Under the pieces are notes generated by a model. That model saw only the letters and a program-made list of their open reading frames with translations, ran no database searches and was not told the origin of the DNA. From the NCBI GenBank assembly GCA_002633005.1, contig NMRA01000183.1:86484-150483 (forward strand): a stretch of DNA of 64,000 nt. The letters are read 5' to 3'. Numbering within the stretch: position 1 is the stretch's first letter; each line of letters starts with the position of its first letter. Source of the stretch: Phoronis australis. Its lineage: Eukaryota > Animalia > Phoronida. The position numbers were made by a program, and so were the translations under genes. Shown piece after piece: positions 1 through 14,000 of this stretch.

Positions 1-433
1 TGTGGCAATTTTAATTTTTGCGTTTACCTCTGTATCTTCTACGGATTTTCACAAAATTTGTCATATAGGCATCTATTATGGAGATGACGCTATCCTCTCA
101 TTTTCGGATGGATTCAAGGTACTTTGCGCCACCTAGTAGCCATTTTTGCTGTTTTCAAGTCTGTTTTTTGGCGTCCGCCCCTCTATCAACCAAACTGCTC
201 TAAGGATGATTTTGAAATTTGGCATGTATGTTCTCACTAGAAAAGGATGGCTGATGATTATTTTCCGACCACTTTGACTACTGTGACACCTAGTGGCAAT
301 TTTGTTTTTTTTCGCCCATGGCTGTATCTCCTAAACCCTCTGCAAGATCTATTATACTAAATTTAGTAAGTGTATTTATATGAAGTTCACAACAAACGAC
401 GATGACTTTCAGACGGATCTGACTACTGGTGTG

Positions 434-3400
434 CTGGGCGTCAAGTTTCCTATTTTTTCCTATTCATATTTTGTTGAGAGACTCCATTTTCTCCTACTTT
501 TCTGTGAAATTCCTATTTTTTCCTACTTTTCACTCATGGTGAGTCCAAATAAAAGGCCAACAATAAACCATTGTTTCTCGTAGCTGACATTTAGTTCATT
601 TAACTGTTGGGCTTAAAGTAATAGATGCTACAGGGTTAGGTGAACTTGTTTCTTTGAACTTCAAATACGTTACAACTGGGGGATCTAGTTGTGTTTGTGC
701 ACTCTTGAAAATGTGAGGTACTAAAGCAATTACCAATGTCCCCTCCCCTCTCATGCAAATTGCTATATATGTACAGACAACACTTCATTGTGGTGAAAAT
801 ACTTGTAATAATTGTAAGTATTTCAATAACAATGAAACGAAAGTTAATTAAAATGATAAACAGACAAGGAACTGGTCATGAGTGAGACTACATGAAGGGA
901 GCTAGAGAAACTACTGAGATGAAGAAGTCCTCCATATGCGCTCTTTCATCATTGTTTCCATACAGTGCTAGGGTGAGTAAAGCAAAATGCAGATTTCATC
1001 AGAAACACTTGAAAAGAGTCTTAAGTGGTAGCTTAAGACATGCCATTTAAACAACTTTTTGAATTTTTGAAATCTGTTGGGCAGTTCTTAAGTTATTTAA
1101 AAATTTAGAGTCTCAAAAATGGCCTTTTTTGGCCAACAGCTCTGTCCCAGAAATTTCAAGTCACAGAAAATAGGTTAACAACATGGCATCGACTCCAAAC
1201 CACAAGCTATTATATTTTGCTCAATCATGAACATAAACAATTGAAAAATTCACCATCGACAGGACATTTTTTCCTGAAGTTAAGTTGAAAAGGGATGTTT
1301 TGAAAAAAGAGCAACTTATTACTTTAAAAATGCAGAACTCTTCAAGAATTACTATGGTTTAGTGGATATGTTTCTTTTGTTCCAAAATATTTTAAAAGAA
1401 TTCTAAAAATTAAATTTGCATAAAATTGAATTCACAAGTAGCAAAAACCAGAAATCTAGTCTTCTGAGTATTTTGCCATTTATTTGAAATTCTGGGAGGT
1501 TATGTGAATTATTCTTTTTGCCCATATAAGATCAATGTTTTTGCAATCTTAAGTTGCACACCTTATGGTGAAAAATGATGATGTGCCTTTTTTAATTAAA
1601 GCAAACTGAATTGGACCCTAAAATATCTAGAATTTCAAAAATATTCTGTACTATTTAAATGAAAATATTTCACCAATTTGGCTACTTTTTGTAATTTAGA
1701 GAAGTTTTGACTGGTTCTGTTTAATACATTTGACCAATAAGGTTTGAGTTCAATTTGAACCCTGGAAAGGTCAACATGGTTCTTGAAAAATGACGGAGTA
1801 TAGCATTTGGAAATGTTCCTAAACAGAAATGGTGAGATAAAGTGAAAAAAATGATGAATGGATTAGGAGGTGATTGGTGATTACGACGTTAAGTGTACAC
1901 TTTCAGAAATTTTCTAGGTGAGAGTGGCGATGCAGTAAATTAAAAAAGTATGTTTTCTCATATTTTTATAAGAAACGTGTACACTCAGGGTTGAAAGCAG
2001 AATTTTTTAGTAAACAGTTTGACATACCAGTAAATATTAAAATCGGTTCAGTGACGGCCATTTAGCAGCTGAAAGTTTGACCCCAAGAATTGACCGGGGA
2101 GTGAAAAATGTGCTGAGTGCTCGTACGACTTCAAAATATTCAACAATGTCCCCATTTGTTGTAATGGATATCAATAGGAAAAAGAAAGCTCAAATGGTTT
2201 GCTGGCATACTTTTCATTTTCCACCACTTAGTATGCTAATAGATATGAGCTTGTAAAAGTCATGAAAAATGGCAAAATTTCGCTCTTGCTGAATTTTGGC
2301 CATATTGTTTTGGTCACCCTAACGATAGCTGCAGAGCCGCTTGCCACTTCACTGCTGAGTCCTCTGAGACGGGAAATCAAGAGATCTGGGGTGAGGAGTG
2401 ATGAGGAAGGTGCAACCAAGTGCTGACATGTCTCGGGTGGTGGATGAATGGAAAATGTATTGGTGTGATAGAGATGTGCCACCGTTTGATTCCAGTGCAG
2501 CTGCAGTCGACGATTTCTGGAACGGTGTTTTTTCACTGTGTGGTGTGGAAGGGAGAGTTAGATATGAAGTGTTCCCACCAATAGTGAAAGCTGAACTGAT
2601 GCTGAGTGGAAAGAAGTATGTCCATTAATTCTTACATACTTTATAATTACCGGTATGGGCAAACGACCATGGTGGGTTTCCGCTCTGTGAAGGAAGCTGT
2701 TAAGTTTTAAAGATCCTGTGGATGGCAAGCTTGAGAGAATTCCAATGACAAAGGAACTCAGATTGGCTTACAAATCTGCACATTCAAATTATCTGGCATG
2801 ACTTGAAGAATGTTGACAAGAACAGGGGCAATTATGGCAAGAAGCATGAGCAAGTAAAGTTGAACTGGAGATTGCACGGAAACATTAGGAAGAGTTGAAA
2901 CATGCGAAAAAAAAAACTTTTTGAGTCAGAAGACGATCTCGCTAAAGAAGACAATGTCTTAGGAGAGTTTAAGCTTGTGATGAGCTCATGTGTGATGCTA
3001 ATGTGAAATTGTGAGAAGCATAGTCTGGTTCATCAGCCATCTCTAAGCAGTCAGTGACTGTTGCATCCATGATGCTTGACTCTCCAATGGCAAAACGTGA
3101 TGAACTGAATAAACACATTGATGAATTCCATAGAAAACGAAAGCGTCTTGAAAGCAAAACTTCACGTAAGCTCCTTTAAAAAGCTTCATGTATGTCCAGT
3201 GATCCAGTCTCTGCAAAGACATCCAATAAAGCAATGAATGTGTGCTGAGAACATTAATTTGTTGAGTGTAACGTACAAAATGTCTTTAGTGTTTTGCATG
3301 TGGACTGATATGTAGAATATAGTTGTTTTGTTGTTTGAAGCTACTTTTGTTTTTGTGTTTTGTGCAGAGACCACAACGTAGAGGTGCTCCTGCTTTTCCT

Positions 3401-3485
3401 ATTTTGTCATGATTTCTTCCTATTTTTTTCCTGAAAATTTCCTATTTTCCTATTTTTTCAAGGCCTTACATTACTTGCCGCCCTG
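434..3485 (+). mobile_element. Degenerate hAT-like DNA transposon with transposase remnant
   Basis: TIRs CTGGGCGTCAAGT / CAGGGCGGCAAGT (11/13), 6-bp TSD GGTGTG (428-433, 3486-3491), subterminal TTCCTATTTT repeats. Peptide remnants VDDFWNGVFSL..GRVRYEVFPPIVKA and IPMTKELRLAYKSAHSNY resemble the hAT C-terminal dimerization region; stops and frameshifts present. Confidence 0.75.
969..2321. mobile_element. Non-autonomous TIR element (TAGGGTG ends, hATm-like) nested in the hAT remnant
   Basis: TAGGGTGAGTAAAGCAA vs reverse complement of right end TAGGGTGACCAAAACAA; no clear TSD. Confidence 0.5.
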
Positions 3486-3680
3486 GGTGTGTTCCCCTAA
3501 TGGCAATTTTAGCTTTATACGTTTTCCTCTGTATCTTCAAAGGTCCTCAACGGATTTTCATAAAATTTGGAAGAGAGGTATCTATTGGTGAGATGACGCT
3601 ATGCTCCCATTTTCGAATGGATTCAAGGTATTTTGCGGCACCTAGTGGGTATTTTTGCTGTTTTTGAGTTTCCTGTTTTT

Positions 3681-6178
3681 ATGCGCCCACATATTTATAT
3701 GTAAACTCATTATGCCGTCATCTCCATCTGTCCAGCGTCCTCTGCTCTATCTCCAAAATGCCTTGACGTATGATCACGAAATTTTGCGCATGTGTTCCTT
3801 CTGTGAATAGGACAGCATGAGCAAACTTTCGGGCGGATCCGATTACCGGTGTGCCCCCTAGTGGCAATTTTAGTTTTTTACGTTTACCTCTGTATCTTAA
3901 AAGTCCTGAACGGATTTTTGTGCAATTTGGTATATAGGTACCTATTAGGGAGATGATGCTGTCCTGTCGTCTTGAGGTGGGTTCAACGTAGTTTGCGCCA
4001 CCTAGTGGCCATTTTTACTGTTTTTGAGTCTGTTTTTTTGCATCCACCCCTCTATCAACCAAACCGCTCAAAGGATGATTGTGATGATTGGCAAGCATGT
4101 TCTTACTATGAAGTGGATGGCTGACGATGATTTTTCGAGGATTTTGACCACTGTCGCTCCTCCTAGTGGCAGTTTTTTTGTGCCTATAGACCCAATTCAC
4201 GCCGACAGGGGGCGCGTTCCAAAGCGAGGCTCGCTACGATAGCTCTGTTGGCTTATCGGCATACTCAGGGTTGTATTCCGCGTTGGTCGGACGGGCTAGA
4301 AAAATACGGACACTCAACTCTCTGTTTTACAATCCCTAAGGACATTAGGATTTGAAAGCGTTGGCTCGTTGCCATATACCGCGACGAAGGAAAACATGTC
4401 CATGTAAAATTTAAATGTTTTCGAAAAGTTAGATCATATTTTGTCGCATCTCAGTTGCCGAACATCATAGCAACGACTGGAGAATCTTCAGCCAGCCAGG
4501 CTGTGTTTTCATGACTACGGGTTGAAAGATGATGCATTTTTTCCCAAAAAGACGGGGCCTTCAATCCCTCTATTTTGGGGCCGAATATCAGCCGTAGTCC
4601 CCTCTCAAAAAAATATTGAAAAATTCCCCCGAAATGCCCTGGCCCGGCCATGAGACCTAAAAATTCCTATAGGGATAGAAAAGCTCTCTCCGAAGTTCAA
4701 ATCACCTGTTACCACACAAGTGACAATTTGAAAGAGCACAAAATGCTACTTGAGAGAGAGCCTATGAGAGCTTGCAACAGGTCGCCGTGGGTGCTATTGA
4801 TCTGATCAGGAGGTAGATTTTTCCCCTCACTTCGCTCGGTGGAAAAATTCCCCTCGCAGAAGGCACAGGCACCTTTTCTCTTGGATGAACGAGGCCCCTG
4901 AAGAAACATGATAACTATGCTTGCTCTGTCCAGTTAACTGAAATTGAGCTCTACTAAACGAGGTTATGCTTTGGACGAATGAATTGGGTGTTTTAATTTT
5001 AAAATTCAACATGACTTTGTCCAGATTGATACGCATAAAATAGACGTTAGAATTATTAAAACCAAGAAAGCAGAATTGATGGTCAAATAATTACTTGTGA
5101 ATGTGTGCAAGGGAGTGAATGAGAACCTGGATATAATGCCAAAGCGGGGCTGTACTCGTTAATTTTTCAAGCATCTTTTATTGAGGTGACGCTATCTCTC
5201 TATTTTGAAATGGATTCGACATAGTTTGCGCCACCTATTGGCCATTTTTACTGTTTTCGAGTCTGTGTTTTGGCGTCCACTTGTCTATAAACCAAACCAC
5301 TTTCAGGATTACTTTGAAAATTGGCATGTATGTTTTTACTAGGAAGTGGACAGCTGGCGATGATTTTCCGACGAGTTCGACTACTGTACCACCTCCTAGT
5401 GGCAGTTTTGTTTTTATTTTTTGCGCTCATGGCTGCATCTCCTAAATCGTTTGCGGGATCTTTACTTAATTTAGCAAGTTTATATGATATTGACAACAGG
5501 CAGCGACGACTTTCGGAAGTGTCTGACTACTGGTGTGCCCCCTAGTGGTAATTTTATTTTTTTTACGTTTACCAGTCTGTATCTTCAAAGGTCCTCAACA
5601 GATTTTCCTAAAATATTGAATTTAGGCATCTATTGGTGAGATGACGCTATCTTCCTGTTTTTGGATGGAATCGAGGTATTTTGCGCCCCTACTGCCCATT
5701 TTTGCTGTTTTCAAATCTTGTTTTTGGCATCTACCCCTCGATCAATCAAATTCTAGGGATGGTTTTGAAAATTGCCGTATATGTTGTCAGTGTGAAGAGG
5801 ACGTTTGATGATGGTGGCTACTGTTGCGACTCCTAGTGGTAGTTTTGATTTTTGCCCATAGCTGTATATCCAAAACCCACTGCAGGATCTTTATTAAATT
5901 TAGTAAGTGAATTTATATGAAGATAACAGACGACGACTTTCAGGTGGATCGAACGGACAGTGTGCCCACCAGTGGCAATTTCGTTTTGTATTGTTTTCCT
6001 TTATTTCTCTGAAGTTCCTTGACATATTTTTATAAAATATGGCATGTTCCTGTTTTTGGATGGATTGTACATTTTTGCGCCATCTAGTGGCCATTTTTAT
6101 GATACAAATATGTAACCCTAAAAGCACACCATTTGCGATGCATTCTTGGGTGCATTTCAACACTCCGCGTTGCTCTTG
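3681..6178 (+). mobile_element. Complete non-autonomous Helentron-type (HINE) element nested in a T-run of an older copy
   Basis: 5' sub-terminal IR ATGCGCCCA (3681) after TTTTT, then a TCCR-like microsatellite remnant and central tandem repeats. 3' inverse IR TGGGTGCAT (6147-6155) followed by stem-loop CAACACTCCGCGTTG and CTCTTG|TT. The host repeat subunit resumes in register at 6179. Confidence 0.7.
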
Positions 6179-6696
6179 TTTTAGTGTCCGTTCGCTATCA
6201 ACCAAACCATTCTAAGGGTGATATTGAAAATTGCCATATATATTCTCAATGTAAAGAGAACGGTTTAGCGATGATGACTTCGACTGCTGTGGCACCTAGT
6301 GGCAGTTTTTACTTGTTTCGCCAAGTATGTTGCTCTTCCACTAAGTTTTTTTTTTTTTTTTTTTGTTCGCACGATACAGGTCGCAATTTTCGTCCGATCA
6401 TCACGAAATTTACACATAACACGTACTTCCGGAAGTACTGGAAGCCTATTGTTTTTCGTCAAAATCGGATCCAAGGTGGCGGCTGTGGCGGCCATTTTGT
6501 TTTCATTTGTTTTGTGTTCATAGCTGTATCTCCGAAACCCACTGCAAATGTTCATGTATTTCTATCAAATTACTTTATCTTCATTCTCAAGGAACTTCAA
6601 ATGTGAAATATATACCATGTAGTGAGAAAAAGAGATTGAGCAGGATCACATTCAACTGCATGGAAATTTGCTTACTACTTACTTAGGTCAAAGGTT

Positions 6697-6940
6697 CAGG
6701 GCTTGGAATTTTCCTCTTTTAAGAGCATTTCCTCTTTTTTGGTTTTAATTCCCTCTTGATTTCCAGTTTTCTCTTTTTTTCTCCTTTCTTCTATCATTAT
6801 TTTGGTTTTATTCATGCAAAGACGTTCTGTTCTGTGAGTTAAATTTTACAACAGAAAATCATATTTCTGTCACCCAAGCCTATTTATTTTGTGGAATGAT
6901 ATATAACCTGGAAAATTTTCTTTTTTTGTCATTGTCAAGG
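6697..6940. mobile_element. ~240-bp MITE, copy 1 (CAGGGCTTGGAAT end)
   Basis: Collinear with 18556-18789. Confidence 0.6.
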
Positions 6941-8057
6941 TTACATGGCTATCTTTCGAATCGAATCTCCTGCCAGGCAGAGCAGTTCTGTATGTACCCT
7001 CAGTTCTTTCATTCACCGAGCCAAAATGACATTGGGTCAGCGAGGTGTACATAGCATAAAAAGATGCTGGGGAAAACAAAGACAAAACATAGTTTTGATC
7101 CTGAGAGAGTTGTCACTTGTGTGTCTGCATGCATACGATCATTGACTCCGAGTCGCCACACCGCCTCTGTGATTTTGTATTCACAAACGCAACAAATTCA
7201 TTGATTTTGTTTGTTCTTTTGGCATTTTATTTTTTTGATCTTGTGCTCATGACGCGTTTTACCCGCGTACTCTATTTCTGTTGTTCATTTTGTATCGAAT
7301 TTCTTGATATCAGTCTCTCTTGCATGTAGTGTGAAATGTTGACCTACTTAACAATTGACCCCACCTTGACTTAGCTTGAATCGTGGCACATTCACAAAAT
7401 TAAAATGTTTTAGTGATAATTAAGTTGATTACGCACTGCATATTAGTTGACATTGTGAATGAGTGTTGAAATAGCATGGTAAAGACTTGTGTAGGTTTTA
7501 TTGACCAAAAAGAAGTTTTCACCGAATAATAAAAGCGATTAACCAACAGATTTTGAAGACTCCCAATTTTTTCTACTTTTTCTGTGCAAATAATGTGTAG
7601 CATTGTAAGTGAGAACAATTTGCCTTTTGAAAGCATGTCTTATATTGAAGGCGTGATGGGGCAACTGAAATGCCTAGGTGGAGATTTTGCACTCACCGAG
7701 TTGCTTATATTTTATGGTTGTTTGAAAACAAATGTGATGTCAAAATCTCGATACAGAAAAGCTGTCTTCTGAGTCCAGTACGTTGACAGTGGCGTTGTGG
7801 AAACGTAGTGAACAGAAATATCTGGTACTGACTCTACATATCTCCATTACTTCATAAAACAGTTTTAAAAGGAATAAAAATGGCATTACCACACCAGTGG
7901 TCTATATAAATATATGTGCAGTCAATGAAGAAAATTTTTGTCACAAATATTGACCACTGGCAGGTTTATAAATTCATAATTTTTCGAAGTTGTATGCATT
8001 CTGAACCTTAGGTAATGTCTTGTGGGAATGTAGAATGTTTAATGTTTTCTTCTTCAG

Positions 8058-11000
8058 TTGGCATCCTGGACAAACCAGTGGTTATACAGCAAGGGAAGCG
8101 TGAAAGAAAAAAGACAGAGCGAATGTCTTATGAAAAGGTTGTAACTCCAGAGAAAAAAACCCTTGAGATTCCTGAAGGAAGGGGAATCAAACTGGGCGAC
8201 TGCCCTCGAAGTAAGAATTACCTTCAGTGTGTTTAATAAAGTCATGTGTATTTGTGTCTGCAATTTTGTTTGATCGCTTTTTTGGGTCTTTCTTTTTGAT
8301 ATGAGTCTAACTTTGGTTTTTGCTAAATTTTAATGAACAGACATAGTCTAGTGATGAGGGAAATTCTACACACTACTTGCAGAAAACCCGATTTTATGTA
8401 GTTCAATAGCGGAGTTGCAAAACCGCCATATTGGAAATGGGTTAGAATGTTGCATTGTGGTTAAGCCAGTAAACAAGTACAGGCGACAAACGTGGGGGCG
8501 AACCGGCCACAGGGAGGTTGTATGTGTTGTGTGCCTGGCTGCAATAATACCAGTTAGCGAGATAAAGAATTTAGTTACTACCTGTTTCCCAAGGATCAAG
8601 AACTGCATTAAACATAGGTTAGAAACATCGGTAGAGCTGGTAGCAAAGGCCGACTTAGTGAATTCTTTCCGACTTCGTATGCAGCGCTCATTTTGAGGGC
8701 GGCAAGAAAACGTATCTTGGAAACTGCCCAACAATATTTCCCTTGAAAGAAACAGTAACAAATACTCCAAAGCGGATGGTAGTGAAAAGAAAAACTTGTT
8801 TTCGGTTGACAGAACCAAGCCAACATGAGCAATTTTGAGGATCATGCCTCTTCACAGCGCACCTGTTCTGGGTCGACTCACTTAACGTGTGCACACTATA
8901 TGCATTAATGCACTAAGAGAAAGCGTGCAGAATATTATTATTTACTTTCTACAAAATTGTGGTGCATTTTTATCAAAATTCATTGTTAAAATTACAATCA
9001 TTTTTCAGAGAATTGTGCTGAAATCCCAGGGCGAAATCTCGCCGACAAATGCGTAGCTGCCGGTCTCGCAATCGTCGATAGGGCTTGAATTCTTGAATAA
9101 GAATACAGCTTCGACTCAACAAATTACCTGAAATCTTCCTCAAGTTTTCCAAATAGCATCTCTAAGATTTTTAAGTCCTTGTGGAGTCTGGATTAACTGC
9201 AGATGAGTCCAAATCTGCCCTAGATTGTAGCCCGCAACACGAGAAAAATCTCTGGAAGAACACACATGTTGTCACGTGACGTTTGTTCTGAAGTTTTTAT
9301 GCGTGTGTGTGAAAGTTTGTATGCGTGTGCTTGTCATCAGAGTTCATTTGCCAGAGTAAATGCGATGTAATGATCTTGGTGTGCATTGTATCCAAAGAAA
9401 TTAACTCAAGCAGTCAAGCGTGTTTTAATATTTAGCTTAGCACTTGCTGGCCTCATCTGCTAAAAAAGGTTCGAGATTTGTTTCGGTAAGACTGATATGT
9501 CACTCATTGAGTCACCGGGTGAGTGGATGCGTGACCGTAGTCACGTAGTGAAACAGCTATTTTCCGGAAGATTTGGGGGGTAAGGGTGCGAATGTGTTCA
9601 TTATCAGTGGATCATTTTGATTTTAAAAACACCAATTATGATTAGTTAAATAATTTCTCTTAAAAATAATGCAAAAGCTTTTTACGATATTAGAAACTTT
9701 CGGAGAATTGTTTCAATATTTATTTCTTGCCGATGCTATGTTACCCGTTTCATGTATAGATAGTTCCCCATTAAATGTCTTTGATGACAGCCGGTACGTT
9801 ATGCAGCGCGCGCTTCTTAGCCGCGTGCTAACACTGGTCAAGTTTTTTTATTAGTCTTCGATCCACGGTTTCCACCTGTACAAAGAAGTTTGAATTCCTG
9901 TTGAGGCCGGAGAAGATCTGTACCGGAAAGAAACAATGCAATCCCGCTGACAAGTACACTGCGTCTGTTTTCCATCCAGACCCGCGTAGTGGGGCACATC
10001 CCTCGCAAGAGCAGCAAAACTTTTGCGTTTTTTTTTTTAATCGCGGTGTAAGTTTGAAGTGTATACGGACATAACGGTGAGGCTCGTGGTCTACAAATTC
10101 AGGACTGTCGTATCTTTCAGTTGATAAATTGGAGATGTTAGAACTGTAGGTAAGGCATTTTTCGCGTGTAGTTCATGGGCTGGGCACTGACTTTAGCGAA
10201 GTCTGAAAACGCGTTGGGGCACTTATTGGGGCATGGGCGCTTATTAGGGCGAATAGCGGCAGAATTACATAGAGCAGCGTAGTTTAATGCACACAAATCA
10301 CACGTCGTGCAAACCAACCGTCCATTCCATATACCCTTATCAATCCCAATAGCCTTTGCGTACCCTAATTTCGGTACATGCGCAATCGTTAAATTGATTC
10401 AGTTGCAACTCTGCTATTTGGTCTATAGTTTTGTAGGTATTTAGATAAATGCTCTGTGGAGACCTTGGTTTTCTGTTTCCAAAAACAGAAATCCGTTTTA
10501 GGAAACATGAAATGCTGCTTTCTTCCATATTATCAATTTTGTTTTATTTCAAATTAATAAATAGCAGAAAATCATTTGGAAAATCTTTTTACTTTTAGCT
10601 GAATTATGTCACAGCTTTATTTACCTATAATTACCTGCATGTCAGGTTAAGGCTGTTGCAGCAAAATCTGTATGGGAGGGGGGGAATGCACTTTTATTTT
10701 GTACCCACCGCCCATGTTTTTCATTTATTTCTCCAACCCATGACCCATAATTTTTTAATTATTTTTAATAGGTTAAAATATAAAATCCAACACTTGCAAA
10801 CAAATTGCCTCAAGGAGGACCTGTTAAGAACTCAGATGATTGACAGACAAGAACTAGTTGTCTTGTCCAATATTGTCAAAAACTAAAGTGTAGCCTGTGA
10901 GCAATACTTTTGGCAGCCACCAGGTGTCTCTGTTAACCATGTGTCTATAATTTCAATGAACATTTCTTCAATTATAAGGATCTATGAATCTCAAACTGTC

Positions 11001-14000
11001 TCCACGAACTCTTTTATACTTCTGTGTCAAGTGAGTATTGGAACTTGTTTATCTTACTCCTCATACTTTTTATTTAAAAATCATCAATTTTCTTATACCA
11101 GTTTAGTGTTGCATAACTTTTCAATTCAATAGGACTGCAGACAAACAGTTGGCTCAAATCAAGTTGCCCATGGCTTGATTAATGGCTTAGTGAACATATT
11201 GCACTCTGTTCACTGGCAATATGGGCTTTTTTGTATTGGGATAAGTTAGGATATATGCCAATTGCATTTGTTTTGAGTTTAGATGGCTGAAGTAAGCAAC
11301 CTGTCAACATTAACAGGTCAAAAAATACCACCCATTTTTAATGCATCACTTCTTACAGGAACGACCACCCATAATTTGAGTTTTTTTTGTGAAGACCACC
11401 ACCCATGAATTTTTATTTCTACTGCCGCGCCCCCCCCCCCTTCCCACACGGATTTTACTGGAACAGCCCTTAATTGTCTCCCAAAACTCCCCAAAAAACT
11501 TCCGCCTTCAGAAAGAATGAACTACTTGAACAGGTCTCCTTGTAAACTATCATTTTTAATTTGTGGCCGGTATATGTAGAATTAATGGATTGAATCTCTT
11601 AAGGTTTGGTAATTAATCACAAAAATATCAGAAGTATTGTATTTCTTACTGACTGAAGTATTCCATTTGAAATCTCCAATTCCATGAAATATGTCAGATT
11701 CCGTGAATTCAAACCTTTTTTGGTTACCACGAAAAACCAGGGTCTCTATTGCTGCAGGTACACATCGCCTTAAATGTCTCATCTTAACTTTCTGTTTGGT
11801 GTCTGCTTACAGTTGAACACATGTTGGGAAAGACCAAGTCAGCCGACTGTAAAACTCTACACAAAATCTTATTTTCAAGGGCTGGCACAGTAAGTAGTTT
11901 GGACCATATACTATAGTTGTCAGGTATGAATTAGTGAAGGAACTGGGTTACGATAAAGGGATTTCCCGAGATCTAGTTCTTGAAAAGTAATTTCAGGCTT
12001 TTCTCGTGATTTTTTTTAAGTGATCTATATTTATTGAAGAATACACAGAACATACAAAGAAATAATAACAAACCCAGAAACTGCAAAGCATTATATCTGG
12101 GTTGTAAACAATTCATAAATGAAACTAATATACATAGAGGTATATACAATTAAGTAGTCTCTAATATAAGTATTCCAATACTTAGATATGCTGTTAAAAT
12201 ATATATTTTCTCGTGATCCTCACAAGTATTTCTGAAATCTCCATTTAGCAAAAGTACAGTGGCTATGAAAGTATTCCTGTATCTGCTCTTTCTTGATGTA
12301 GTTTTGTATTAATTCTAGGCTGTGATATGCTTATAATTACATCACTGAACTATTACCGTACTCGTCCGGGTTACCGCCCAGGTCGCTTATATGGGGAATC
12401 TAAAAAAACAAAGGGTGAGCGGTAAGCCGAGCATGGGCGGTTAAAATCGTAATTTTTGAAATATCAGGAGTGATTGCTTACTGTATGGAGGACAGAGCTA
12501 CTCTGACGTCGGACTTCAAGCTTAGTAGTTCAAATATACGTTGGCTTATTGAAGGAACGGACTTCGGCTCCCTGAAGTGGAATAGCACACACACTATACA
12601 GTGGTGTCGTGATTGTTTTTTTTTACATACCTCGGGTCGCTGCTTGTCATCTCTTAGAACTAAGGTATTCCTACAGGTAGGCGTGCATTCAGTCGGGCAA
12701 GTTTCTTAAGAGAAAAGACAGATCAAGCGAAGCTTTGCTATTGCGCTGCGTGGTTTTGTAGATTTGCTCCCTGCTAAACACTTTGGCAACCAAAACATGT
12801 GCTAATGATTGACAGGTCTCAGTTCTTTTAAGAACATTAAAATGCTTTGTGGATGGTAAGCAGAGCATTAACCCATATCCTGCTAAGCCTCTATTCAGAC
12901 AACTTTCCCTGTGCCCTGAGCTAAGTAGGTCACCACTGCTGCTGTGCACTGGGCTGTTATGAAGGTCACTCAGATTTATAATGACCTAACATTTTTAGAT
13001 TGGAAATTTGGGGGGTTATGTCAACTTTACATAAAAGTGGCCTGTACGAAAGTTGTTCAGAATTTACTGGAAATTTTCATCATATGCATATCTTTACCGT
13101 AGCATTGGTGTAAAAAATTCTATAAACTTTCAAACTGGACACCCTTTGCTTTTATCTGTTTTCGTACATACGAACATTAGAGCTGACACTCAAAAACTGA
13201 AATAAGCATTTTGAAAAGGGAATTCATGAGACTTGCATGTTTAATAAAACACATTTATTGTCTGTAATATCACATCTACAAACAAGAATGTACAGTATAT
13301 AACATACCTCAACTTTGCACAATGACAAATTCATGACTGGTGCAGTTGCTTGCTAAAGTCTGTTTTGAAGTTCACCTTGGTGTACAAAAACTTGAAACAC
13401 GGGTGGGACACAAAGCTATTCTGTGAAAAAGTCACAAAAATATCTAGTTCTGAATGAGTTCCATCATGTTTCAGAGGCCCTTTCATTGTGCCTGAAGGGC
13501 GTGAGCCAAGCATTGTCGTAGACCCCTCCAAGTTCAGCTTCAGGGACCGATAACTCCTCCAAAATTGCACTGAGATCCGAATCGATAGAATCTGCATTAC
13601 TGTAACTGTTGTGTGAAAGGCGAAGGCAACCTTTTTCCATGTCATTTTGAGCTAAAATAAGGTTGGTTGGTTATCCTAGACATATTTTCCACTTAATTAC
13701 AGCTTTTCGTAATTTTATTAATTACTCGTCCGCTACTGCGGAAGTGACGTTTTAGGAGGCAAGCATTTCGCGCCAATTTCTTTTCATATAGTCTGACTGT
13801 GAGAGCTGCCGAGTCAGTCATTGTTNNNNNNNNNNNNNNNNNNNNNNNNNNNNNNNNNNNNNNNNNNNNNNNNNNNNNNNNNNNNNNNNNNNNNNNNNNN
13901 NNNNNNNNNNNNNNNNNNNNNNNNNNNNNNNNNNNNNNNNNNNNNNNNNNNNNNNNNNNNNNNNNNNNNNNNNNNNNNNNNNNNNNNNNNNNNNNNNNNN

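Larger units (their letters stand above)
1..6600 (+). repeat. Array of ~150-bp subunits (three-subunit ~450-bp higher-order unit) of a Helentron-associated (HINE/DINE-like) element, interrupted by other insertions
   Basis: Motif (G)CGCCACCTAGTGGC and shared downstream sequence recur at ~126, 285, 3636, 3851, 3995, 4157, 5228, 5388, 5535, 5683, 5828, 5962, 6077, 6290. Confidence 0.85.

Noticed and set aside
4186-5170. Foreign segment interrupting the HINE array
   Set aside because: Probably a TE fragment, but I could not identify paired termini or a TSD.
8355-9774. Possible Kolobok-like element
   Set aside because: Putative TIRs match only about 12/18 and there is no left TTAA; boundaries unsupported.
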